A stretch of 32,000 nt of DNA from Planctopirus limnophila DSM 3776. GTDB lineage: Bacteria > Planctomycetota > Planctomycetia > Planctomycetales > Planctomycetaceae. The stretch covers positions 1,800,001 through 1,832,000 of the forward strand of contig NC_014148.1 in NCBI RefSeq assembly GCF_000092105.1, in the 5' to 3' direction. Shown here in pieces: positions 1 to 7,644 of this stretch. The notes below the pieces were generated by a model that saw nothing but the letters and a program-made list of their open reading frames with translations, ran no database searches and had not been told where the DNA came from. Every line of letters starts with the position of its first letter. The first letter of the stretch is position 1. Position numbers and translations under genes: made by a program.

Positions 1-1095
1 GGCCTCAAAGCCGTAAAGCGGATCTCTTTATCATCCGCCATGGCGTCTGGTCATGTGACTGAAGTCGATCTCATCACTCCCTATGTCAACGATCTGGGGA
101 GCATCATTTATATGGACGTCATTCAGAAAAGCGGCCTCTCGATTGGTGTCGATCCCCTGGGAGGATCATCGCACGATTACTGGGCTCCAGTCGCGGAAAA
201 GTACGGCCTGAATCTGCAGGTGGTGAATCCCATCATCGATCCGCAATTTGCCTTCATGACGGTCGATCATGATGGAAAAATCCGTATGGATTGCTCCAGC
301 CCCTGGGCCATGGCCAGCCTCGTTTCGTTGAAGGACAAATTTGGCATTGCCTTCGCCAACGATCCCGATGCGGACCGCCACGGCATTGTCACACCGACGG
401 GTGGACTGATGAACCCCAACAGCTACCTCGCCGTTTGTATCCAGTACCTCTTTAAGCATCGCCAGAACTGGAAGTCCACAGCGGGTGTCGGAAAAACACT
501 TGTTTCCAGTGCGATGATCGACCGTGTCGCGCATGCTCTGGGACGCAAACTCGTCGAAGTCCCTGTCGGTTTCAAGTGGTTCGTCAGTGGACTTTTCGAT
601 GGCTCCCTCGGTTTTGGTGGTGAAGAAAGTGCCGGTGCCAGTTTCCTGCGAAAAGATGGTTCGGTCTGGTCGACCGATAAAGATGGTCTGATTCTCGGTT
701 TACTGGCCGCAGAAATCACCGCCACGACTGGCAAAGATCCGAGTCAGCATTTTGCCGAACTGGCGGCGAAATTTGGCTTGCCCGAATATACACGCATCGA
801 TCAACCAGCGACGCTCGAACAGAAGTCGATCCTCAAGAAACTCTCTCCCGAGGATGTACAGGCCACGACATTGGCTGGCGATCTCATCACGCAGCGTTTG
901 ACTTCCGCACCTGGTAATCATGCTGCGATCGGTGGCCTGAAAGTCGCGACTGATTTCGGCTGGTTTGCCGCCCGCCCATCCGGTACAGAGAACGTCTACA
1001 AGATTTACGCCGAGAGCTTTCGCGACAAGCAACATCTCGATCGAATTGTCAGCGAAGCCCGCGAGATTGTCTCGGCTGCCTTGGCCAAGGCATAA
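1..1095 (+). CDS. pgm: Phosphoglucomutase, alpha-D-glucose-phosphate-specific type (C-terminal ~365 aa; 5' end lies outside the window)
   Basis: Frame 1 is open from nt 1, with no stop before the track ATG at 40, so the gene enters from upstream. The translation carries alpha-D-phosphohexomutase hallmarks: [13 protein letters not shown] (metal-binding loop), [26 protein letters not shown] (sugar-binding loop) and [16 protein letters not shown] (phosphate-binding loop). These closely resemble E. coli-type Pgm. Confidence 0.9.
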   Translation, partial: GLKAVKRISLSSAMASGHVTEVDLITPYVNDLGSIIYMDVIQKSGLSIGVDPLGGSSHDYWAPVAEKYGLNLQVVNPIIDPQFAFMTVDHDGKIRMDCSSPWAMASLVSLKDKFGIAFANDPDADRHGIVTPTGGLMNPNSYLAVCIQYLFKHRQNWKSTAGVGKTLVSSAMIDRVAHALGRKLVEVPVGFKWFVSGLFDGSLGFGGEESAGASFLRKDGSVWSTDKDGLILGLLAAEITATTGKDPSQHFAELAAKFGLPEYTRIDQPATLEQKSILKKLSPEDVQATTLAGDLITQRLTSAPGNHAAIGGLKVATDFGWFAARPSGTENVYKIYAESFRDKQHLDRIVSEAREIVSAALAKA

Positions 1096-1104
1096 AACGT
1101 GGGC

Positions 1105-1124
1105 ACTTGTCATTCGTGACGAGT
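1105..1124 (+). other. Stem-loop (8-bp stem, UUCG tetraloop) 10 nt after the pgm stop; possible terminator or RNA-stability element
   Basis: ACTTGTCA-TTCG-TGACGAGT pairs with one G-U wobble. No U-run follows, so terminator function is uncertain. Confidence 0.3.
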
Positions 1125-1234
1125 TGTAAGTTCGATGGATTCGAATCAGCCCTGCCAGTCAGATATCACATGGACAGTTCAATCCGTCTGGTGAATGGGC
1201 ACTGTCTAATAAGTTTTTGAGGAACTACTGATTC

Positions 1235-2782
1235 ATGGATCGTGCGAGTGGTGTGCTGCTGCATCCGACATCATTTCCCAGTCGTTTTGGTACGGGAGAT
1301 CTCGGTCATGAGGCCTATCAGTTTGTCGATTGGCTGGCTGCTGCCGGCCAATCGTACTGGCAGGTCCTCCCACTGAATCCTGTCGATGCCGGTTATTCTC
1401 CTTATCAAAGTCCCTCTTCGTTTGCTGGCAATCCGCTGCTCATCAGCCTGGAAAAGCTGGTTGACGACGAACTTCTCACGCGAGAGGAACTCGATCAGGC
1501 AGCGATTGCCGGCGCCGATGGGAGTGGCAGTGCCAGCTTTGAACTGGCCTTCGAGCGGAAAATGCCATTGCTGCACCGCGCTGCGGAACGGTTTCATCAG
1601 CTTCATGAAGACCACGAACTTCGAGTGGCATTTCGAACATTCTGCAGTGCGCAAGCAGGCTGGCTCGATCAGATGGCCTTGTTTGAAGCCCTGAAAGGTG
1701 CCAATGCAGGCCGCCCCTGGACGACCTGGACACATCTCGTCGATCATTGGCATTACCCTGGGCCCGAAGCCATCACGGTTCTTCAAGAGCCCATCTTCGT
1801 GGCCAAGTTCCAGCAGTTCATGTTCTTCAGGCAGTGGAACGAATTGCGTGCCTATGCCCGAAATAGAGGCATTCTCATCATTGGCGATGTCCCAATTTAT
1901 GTCGCTCACGACAGTGCCGACGTCTGGTCGAATCGTCGCTTCTTTCAACTCAACGAAGCCGGGCAGGCTCTGCAGGTCGCGGGCGTACCTCCGGACTACT
2001 TCTCGGCCACTGGTCAACTCTGGAACAACCCGGTCTACGATTGGCGAGCACTTGAAGAAGACGAGTACCGCTGGTGGGCCAGGCGATTACAAGCCGTTAT
2101 GGAAGCGGTCGATCTGGTACGGCTGGATCATTTCCGAGGGTTTGAAGCCTATTGGTCAGTTCCCGCAGGCCATGAGACGGCCGAGCAGGGTACATGGGTC
2201 CCCGGGCCGGGGCATCGCCTGTTTAATGCTCTCAAGTCGCAACTGCGAATACCCGAAGGGATGACACGCCTCCCGATTATTGCGGAAGATCTCGGCACCA
2301 TTACTGCTGAGGTTGATGAACTGCGCCTTGCCTATGGTTTACCAGGGATGAAGGTGCTCCAGTTCATGATTGCCGAGAACGATCCTTTCCAGCCTCAAGA
2401 ATTTCCTCCCGAATCGATTTGCTACACAGGGACTCACGATAACGACACCACGGTCGGTTGGTTCCAGTCACACGTGGCGCCCTTTGCCGATCGCTTCGAT
2501 CGCCTGCGTCAACGAATCGAATTCTCGAGTGAAGACATTGCGTGGGATCTGATTGCCGTGGCCTGGAAGAGCCGGTCGAATATCGCAATTGCACCCCTTC
2601 AAGATCTCCTTTCTCTCCCGGCTGCGGCCCGCATGAATACTCCAGGAACTTTTGGCGCTTCAGCTCGTAACTGGATCTGGCAATACGAACCCGGTGTGCT
2701 TACAAAAGACCTTGCTGATCGTTTGCATCGACTGACTATGGCCAATCATCGTTTCCTTGGAGATCGCCCGCCACAATTCTAG
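1235..2782 (+). CDS. malQ: 4-alpha-glucanotransferase (amylomaltase, GH77)
   Basis: 515-aa ORF. The N-terminus RASGVLLHPTSFPSRFGTGDLG is the typical MalQ start. Other matches are GDVPIYVAHDSADVW, VRLDHFRGFEAYW, IAEDLG and YTGTHDNDT. GAGGA lies 11 nt upstream of the ATG (1219-1223). Confidence 0.92.
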   Translation: MDRASGVLLHPTSFPSRFGTGDLGHEAYQFVDWLAAAGQSYWQVLPLNPVDAGYSPYQSPSSFAGNPLLISLEKLVDDELLTREELDQAAIAGADGSGSASFELAFERKMPLLHRAAERFHQLHEDHELRVAFRTFCSAQAGWLDQMALFEALKGANAGRPWTTWTHLVDHWHYPGPEAITVLQEPIFVAKFQQFMFFRQWNELRAYARNRGILIIGDVPIYVAHDSADVWSNRRFFQLNEAGQALQVAGVPPDYFSATGQLWNNPVYDWRALEEDEYRWWARRLQAVMEAVDLVRLDHFRGFEAYWSVPAGHETAEQGTWVPGPGHRLFNALKSQLRIPEGMTRLPIIAEDLGTITAEVDELRLAYGLPGMKVLQFMIAENDPFQPQEFPPESICYTGTHDNDTTVGWFQSHVAPFADRFDRLRQRIEFSSEDIAWDLIAVAWKSRSNIAIAPLQDLLSLPAAARMNTPGTFGASARNWIWQYEPGVLTKDLADRLHRLTMANHRFLGDRPPQF

Positions 2783-2849
2783 GTTCTTCAGCTAGGATTC
2801 TTGTTGGCAAATATCTTGACAAGCTGTCTCCTCGATCCAAGGAAGTCCC

Positions 2850-3068
2850 ATGAGTTCACTGCCGATCCATCCTTTTGATCTCGCACCTTCTGGCGACCTC
2901 GCTGCCAGAACCGCCGCCGAGAAGCAGGAAGCGAACCATGTTCACGCATCGGTTTGTTCCCCAGGTTGCCCGGTTTGCGGTGGTCAACTGATAGAAATCC
3001 GGCATAAACTCATTTGCTCGCAATGTCATGCGATCTGCGAAACCTGTTGTGAAGGAGGGCGCGGCTGA
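2850..3068 (+). CDS. Small Cys-rich protein (72 aa), zinc-ribbon/rubredoxin-knuckle-like
   Basis: Eight Cys fall in the last 37 residues: CSPGCPVCGG-x12-CSQCHAICETCC, with CPxCG and CxxC knuckles. AAGGAAG lies 4 nt upstream of the ATG (2839-2845). It is the only sizeable ORF in the 350-nt gap between malQ and the DUF455 gene. No homolog was recognised, so its coding status is not certain. Confidence 0.5.
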   Translation: MSSLPIHPFDLAPSGDLAARTAAEKQEANHVHASVCSPGCPVCGGQLIEIRHKLICSQCHAICETCCEGGRG

Positions 3069-3132
3069 GGTTCTTTTTTCCCACAGCCATTGAGGATCGT
3101 CCCATCAGCCTATTTGAGTATTCTGTTGCTGA

Positions 3133-3969
3133 ATGTGGGCACATCAATCATTTCGGAACATTCAGGAAATGGAACTTCGCGAGTTTGCGGAACAGGTACT
3201 GAAGTCACCTTCGTGCATGCAGAAAATTCAGCCCGTTCGGGAACAATTGACCGATCAGGCTCCTGGCATGGCCGAAAAACTCACACTTCCCGCTCGCGAA
3301 GAGAAGCTCACTTTCGGTGCCCGGAGGACGGCACCACCCATGCCGGCCATTCCTCGATTTTCTGAACCTGCTCAACGTGCAATTGCCCATCACATTATGG
3401 CCAATCATGAATTGCAGGCACTCGAAGTCATGGCGTGGGTATTGCTCGCATTTCCCGAGGCACCTACTGAGTTTCGTCTGGGGCTGGCGGAAGTCATGAA
3501 AGACGAACAGCGGCACACCCGCATGCACATGGAACGCTGTAAAGCTCTCGGGATCGAGTTTGGATCGCTACCCGTCAACTCGTACATCTGGCGGCAGGCC
3601 ATGACCTTCACATCCGTGATGGATTACCTGGCTGGACTTCCTTTGACATTCGAAGGCTGCAATCTCGATCACAGTCTGGAACTCGAAGACGTTTTTCAAT
3701 CGGTTGGTGATCTCAAAAGTGCAGCCATCATGCGCCGCATTCACGAAGACGAAATCGAGCACGTGCGTTTTGGCCTCGAATGGCTCCGCAGACTCAAGCC
3801 ACCCACAATGACCGATTGGGAAGCGTATGAAACGCATCTGCACTTTCCCATGAGGCCGTCCAAATCGGTCGGTCACCAACTCGATGAGGCTTCAAGATAC
3901 AAAACAGGGATGGATGAAGAATTCGTATCGAGGCTCAAAGCCACTCATACAGGGTCGATTCGAAAGTAA
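3133..3969 (+). CDS. Ferritin-like di-iron protein, DUF455 family
   Basis: 278-aa ORF with two ExxH motifs in helical contexts: HELQALEVMAW...DEQRHTRMHMERC and HEDEIEHVRFGLEWL. This pattern is characteristic of DUF455/ferritin-like di-iron carboxylate proteins. An alternative start lies at 3169 (MELREFAEQVL). Confidence 0.75.
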   Translation: MWAHQSFRNIQEMELREFAEQVLKSPSCMQKIQPVREQLTDQAPGMAEKLTLPAREEKLTFGARRTAPPMPAIPRFSEPAQRAIAHHIMANHELQALEVMAWVLLAFPEAPTEFRLGLAEVMKDEQRHTRMHMERCKALGIEFGSLPVNSYIWRQAMTFTSVMDYLAGLPLTFEGCNLDHSLELEDVFQSVGDLKSAAIMRRIHEDEIEHVRFGLEWLRRLKPPTMTDWEAYETHLHFPMRPSKSVGHQLDEASRYKTGMDEEFVSRLKATHTGSIRK

Positions 3970-4300
3970 AGCCTTCCAAGCCTTGAGAGCCCCTGTGTGC
4001 CATGTGCATGCTCACTTAGCTCGCGTCCTCCGCGATCCGCGATGAGGCTTTCAATTGACGATTCGTTTCAGCATCGAGCTTCATGCAAAACATCATGATC
4101 TCATGGTGCTTGTCGCTGATTTCACTGGCTGAGAAGGGGCGTTTTGAGACATTTTCACTCCTTTGCAAATTGCGTTTGCTTACTCAGGTAGCCAGAATCA
4201 CATCATTTAACTCTGATTTGAAGTCGGCATCAGACATTTGAATGAATTGCCGACCTTTGACAACAATCCTCGCTGATGTGAAATCTTTGAAAGACCATTC

Positions 4301-5899
4301 ATGAGCCATGACCCGCTGGCTGCATCTCAGGCCAATTCGGATTCGTCTCGATCGCAAGACTGGGGCAAGTGGATGGCTTTGACAGCCGCACTCCTGGGAT
4401 GGATGTTCGACGGCGCTGAAATGGGTGTCTTTTCGATGGTGGGCCGCCGGGCGGTTCAGGATCTGTTGGGCATCCCGCTCATTGCCACCAAAGAACAGGA
4501 GGCGTTGATTGGCCCTGTTTTCGGAATGATCATCGCCGTCTTTCTCGTGGGAGCAGCGACTGGTGGTGTGCTGTTTGGCTGGCTGGGTGATCGCGTCGGA
4601 CGAGTGCGTGCCATGAGTCTTTCGGTGCTCACGTATGCCATTTTCACAGGACTTTGTGGTTTCGCCCAGACTCCCTTGCAACTGGGGGTGTTGAGGTTTA
4701 TTGCAGCACTGGGGATGGGTGGCGAATGGTCGCTGGGGGTCGCACTCGTCATGGAAGTCTGGCCCAATCGTTCGCGGGCACTCATGGCGGGGCTCATTGG
4801 TGCTGCTGCCAATGCGGGCTATTTTCTTGTTGGTATTGTCGGAATTCTGCTCACCCAGGTGATTAAGTCGCTGGAGAGCGGCCTGTTGTGGGCGGGCTTA
4901 CCGGAAGCGACCGTCCAGATGCTGGTGGCCTATGATGGTTGGCGGATCATGATGATGCTCGGCACATTACCCGCTGTCCTGACATTCTTCTTTCGCATCT
5001 TTGTCCCTGAATCTGAACGCTGGCTGGAGGAGAAAGCTGGTGGCAGTACGGCCTCCATGTCCTCTGTGGATCTATGGGGAGTTCTCATCGGCACTGCCGG
5101 CCCGGCACTCGTGATTGCCATGTGTGTTATGCCGGGAATCATCATGCCGCTCCGGATTCTCGGGATCGTAGCGGGTGTGGTGATTGCTGCAGGGGGCTTT
5201 CTGTTCCCTGCGATTCGGTTTGTGCAGCGGGATCGTGCTTTAGGGCGAGTCCCACTGTTGCAGTTTCCGATTCAACGAATGCTCCTGGGTGCTGGCCTGA
5301 GTGGAGTGGCACTCCTGGGTACCTGGGGCTCCACACAATGGGCCATGGCCTGGGCCGGTCAACTGACACAAGGGATTGATCGCACTGATCTGGGTCTGTT
5401 GTGGCAGCATCCCAAAGAGTACACCCAACTCACCACCTCGACCGGAGCGATTGTGGGGACCATTCTGGCCGCTTACTTTGGCAATCTGCTGGGGCGACGT
5501 GTGAGCTATTTTACACTTTGTATTTTGTCGCTGTTCTCCGTCCTGGGTTTCTACCAATTGCAAAACCAGTATGGCCCAATGTTTCTGTTCACCTCATTTA
5601 TTCTCGGAGTGATGACGGCGTCCTTCTATGGCTGGCTCCCCCTCTATCTGCCGGAACTTTTCTCGACGAGGCTGCGTGCGACAGGCCAGGGTTTTGCTTT
5701 CAATTTCGGGCGTGTCATCGCTGCCATTGGAGCTCTCCAGATCGGTTCATTGCTGGCACTCCTTAAGGACGTGCAGACTCTTGCGGGTGTTCAAGGAGGA
5801 TATGCCGTCGCGTGCAGTGTCATCTGTCTGGTCTACATCGCAGGTGCGATCCTGATCTGGTTCGCTCCCGAAACCAATGGAAAAGGACTTCCTGAGTAG
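4301..5899 (+). CDS. MFS transporter (major facilitator superfamily), substrate unknown
   Basis: 532-aa ORF with about 12 hydrophobic segments. It has the MFS loop 2-3 motif GWLGDRVGRVRAM, a GMGGEWSLG segment and a second-half LGRRVSY motif. Confidence 0.85.
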   Translation: MSHDPLAASQANSDSSRSQDWGKWMALTAALLGWMFDGAEMGVFSMVGRRAVQDLLGIPLIATKEQEALIGPVFGMIIAVFLVGAATGGVLFGWLGDRVGRVRAMSLSVLTYAIFTGLCGFAQTPLQLGVLRFIAALGMGGEWSLGVALVMEVWPNRSRALMAGLIGAAANAGYFLVGIVGILLTQVIKSLESGLLWAGLPEATVQMLVAYDGWRIMMMLGTLPAVLTFFFRIFVPESERWLEEKAGGSTASMSSVDLWGVLIGTAGPALVIAMCVMPGIIMPLRILGIVAGVVIAAGGFLFPAIRFVQRDRALGRVPLLQFPIQRMLLGAGLSGVALLGTWGSTQWAMAWAGQLTQGIDRTDLGLLWQHPKEYTQLTTSTGAIVGTILAAYFGNLLGRRVSYFTLCILSLFSVLGFYQLQNQYGPMFLFTSFILGVMTASFYGWLPLYLPELFSTRLRATGQGFAFNFGRVIAAIGALQIGSLLALLKDVQTLAGVQGGYAVACSVICLVYIAGAILIWFAPETNGKGLPE

Positions 5900-6310
5900 C
5901 CTGAATGGTGCGGGTTGAATGTCTTTTTGCGATTCCTTCGTCGCAGGTGGCATCATTTCCGAGAATTGTCGTCCAGACTGACAAATGAAAAAAAGTTCGC
6001 GTCTGCTGCTGATTCCGGCGTAACCAACCCCAATGACGGCACAAATGTGTTGTAGAGTCACCTATCGAAGAATGATGGCTCTGTTCATGTTCTGAAACAT
6101 TGGTAACCAATCGGTCTGATTCCTTTCATTTCCCACAGTTTTGTTATTGTAGACATTCACTCGGCCATCTCAGTTGTGAAGCCAGAGAATCTGGAATGCA
6201 TCGCGAGAAACGTGAGTGTTTCGAGTGAGAAATCCCATCCGGTTGACTAAGAAATCGAAATTCACACGCGACCCCGGTTCTTTGAAGCGGAATATAACAA
6301 AGCAGTTTTT

Positions 6311-7576
6311 ATGAACCTTGCCACATGCTGGACATTACTGCTTTCTGGAATTCGAACTCCTCACCACCATGAGTCGTCTTGGCGTCTTTGCTGCGGTATG
6401 GTTGGCTTACTGCTGTTGGCAGATCGATGTCTTGATGTTGCGGGTCAGCGGCTCGCAATTGCTCAGGACGGAGCGAATCAAGTCAGCTCCAGCAAGCCGA
6501 TCCCCGGTTGGGAAGTGACTCCAGAGAGCGAAGCAGCACTTCAGAAAGGGTTGGCCTGGCTCGCTCGAAATCAGGGGACCGAAGGAAACTGGGAGTCGGA
6601 AGATCTTGGTCTCGTGGGTCTCGGCGGTCTCTCGTTTCTAGCGGCAGGTCACCTGCCACAGCGGGGGCGGTATGGGGATACCGTTGATCGCGCATTCAAA
6701 TATGTGCTCAAAAAAGCCAAACCTTCGGGGCTTCTCAATTCCGCCGATGCCCAACGCGATATGTACAACCACGGGCTCGCTGCTTTTGTGCTTGGGCAGG
6801 CCTACGGCATGACTGGCGACCCGCAAATTGGCCGCGTGCTCGATAAGTCTTTAAGGCTGATATCGAATACCCAGTGCGAAGACGGGGGATGGGATTATCG
6901 CGCCAAAAGGCAGCAGCATGGCCATGATCTGAGTCTTGTCGTGATGCAGGCCAAGGCACTTCGAAGTGCTGTCGATAGTGGTTTCGAAGTGCGGAACGAT
7001 GTCGTTCGCCTTGCGATACAGAGTGTGCGAGATCATTACAAAGCCGAAAATGGTGCTCGTGGCTTTGATGAAAAAGCTCAGGAAGGGCCTGGTCAGTTCA
7101 CTTACGATGGGAATCGCACCACGCTCGCGATGGCTGCTTGTGGAGTTGTTTGTCTACAGGAGTTTGGCCAATACGACGACTGGCGGATTGCCAAGAACAT
7201 GGAACAGATTTCGAAAGAAGTCAGCCGCATTCGCCCCAATCGTGGTAGTGGTGAAGTCCCTTTTGATGCTTACACGCTCTACTACGTCGGACAGGCGATT
7301 TATCAGACAGGTGGAGCCGACTGGCAGAAGAATTATCCTGCACTTCGAGATTATCTCGTCGCTTCCCAGGTCAAGCGTCCGGAGAATCCCGGTGAAGATG
7401 GCAGTTGGCGCGATACCCGCTGGGTGCATGGCAAGCAGGGGCAACTCTATGGGACAGCCGTCGCCTGCTTTATTCTGGCAATGCCCAATCGATATCTCCC
7501 GATTCTCCAGGAAGGGAAGATCGAAGGTTTGAAAGATCAGTTATCCGGGCCACCTGCGGCGAACAAACCTCGTTAG
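6311..7576 (+). CDS. Exported prenyltransferase / squalene-cyclase-repeat (alpha/alpha-toroid) protein
   Basis: 421-aa ORF. The hydrophobic N-terminus ends in AIA-QD, a signal-peptidase-like site. Repeated aromatic/Gly QW-like motifs occur (TEGNWES, CEDGGWDY, GEDGSWRD) between helical segments (LAAFVLGQAY, LVVMQAKALRSA, AVACFILAM). I saw no DxDD-type catalytic motif. The start codon is uncertain; an alternative ATG lies at 6398. Confidence 0.7.
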   Translation: MNLATCWTLLLSGIRTPHHHESSWRLCCGMVGLLLLADRCLDVAGQRLAIAQDGANQVSSSKPIPGWEVTPESEAALQKGLAWLARNQGTEGNWESEDLGLVGLGGLSFLAAGHLPQRGRYGDTVDRAFKYVLKKAKPSGLLNSADAQRDMYNHGLAAFVLGQAYGMTGDPQIGRVLDKSLRLISNTQCEDGGWDYRAKRQQHGHDLSLVVMQAKALRSAVDSGFEVRNDVVRLAIQSVRDHYKAENGARGFDEKAQEGPGQFTYDGNRTTLAMAACGVVCLQEFGQYDDWRIAKNMEQISKEVSRIRPNRGSGEVPFDAYTLYYVGQAIYQTGGADWQKNYPALRDYLVASQVKRPENPGEDGSWRDTRWVHGKQGQLYGTAVACFILAMPNRYLPILQEGKIEGLKDQLSGPPAANKPR

Positions 7577-7644
7577 AACCCGCGACGATTGCAGAATTTC
7601 TCTCTGAATGGATTGGTACTCGACCAAGGCAAGCAGTTTTTCAC

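Noticed and set aside
4016-4183. Short minus-strand ORFs in the DUF455/MFS spacer. One is a 19-aa ORF (4093-4152) with AAAGGAG upstream. A ~50-aa frame ending at 4016 has a tail, MKLDAETNRQLKASSRIAEDAS, that vaguely resembles the start of a ribbon-helix-helix antitoxin.
   Set aside because: They are too short. The longer frame has no canonical start, and the RHH-like segment is truncated after ~20 aa. No partner toxin gene is present.
4184-4812. Minus-strand ORFs of 165 aa and 118 aa overlapping the 5' part of the MFS transporter gene.
   Set aside because: They run antisense to a gene with clear MFS motifs and TM periodicity, and their translations are Arg/Ser/His-rich shadow sequence.
6318-6518. 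An alternative-frame ORF whose internal Met (ATG at 6369) gives a textbook signal-peptide-like sequence, MSRLGVFAAVWLAYCCWQ. It overlaps the start of the prenyltransferase-repeat gene and hints at a frameshift near 6420-6480.
   Set aside because: The main frame is open from 6311 and has its own hydrophobic stretch plus an AIA-Q cleavage-like site. I see no homopolymer or slippery site. It cannot be decided without reads or ortholog alignment, so it is not claimed.
7405-7644. The ORF-track start at 7405 for the BatA-N/VWA gene, which would overlap the 3' end of the prenyltransferase-repeat gene by 172 nt in another frame.
   Set aside because: The first 80 residues have no membrane or domain character. 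They lie over the strongly coding end of the upstream gene. The BatA N-terminal signature begins exactly at the ATG at 7645. The extension is an open-frame artefact.
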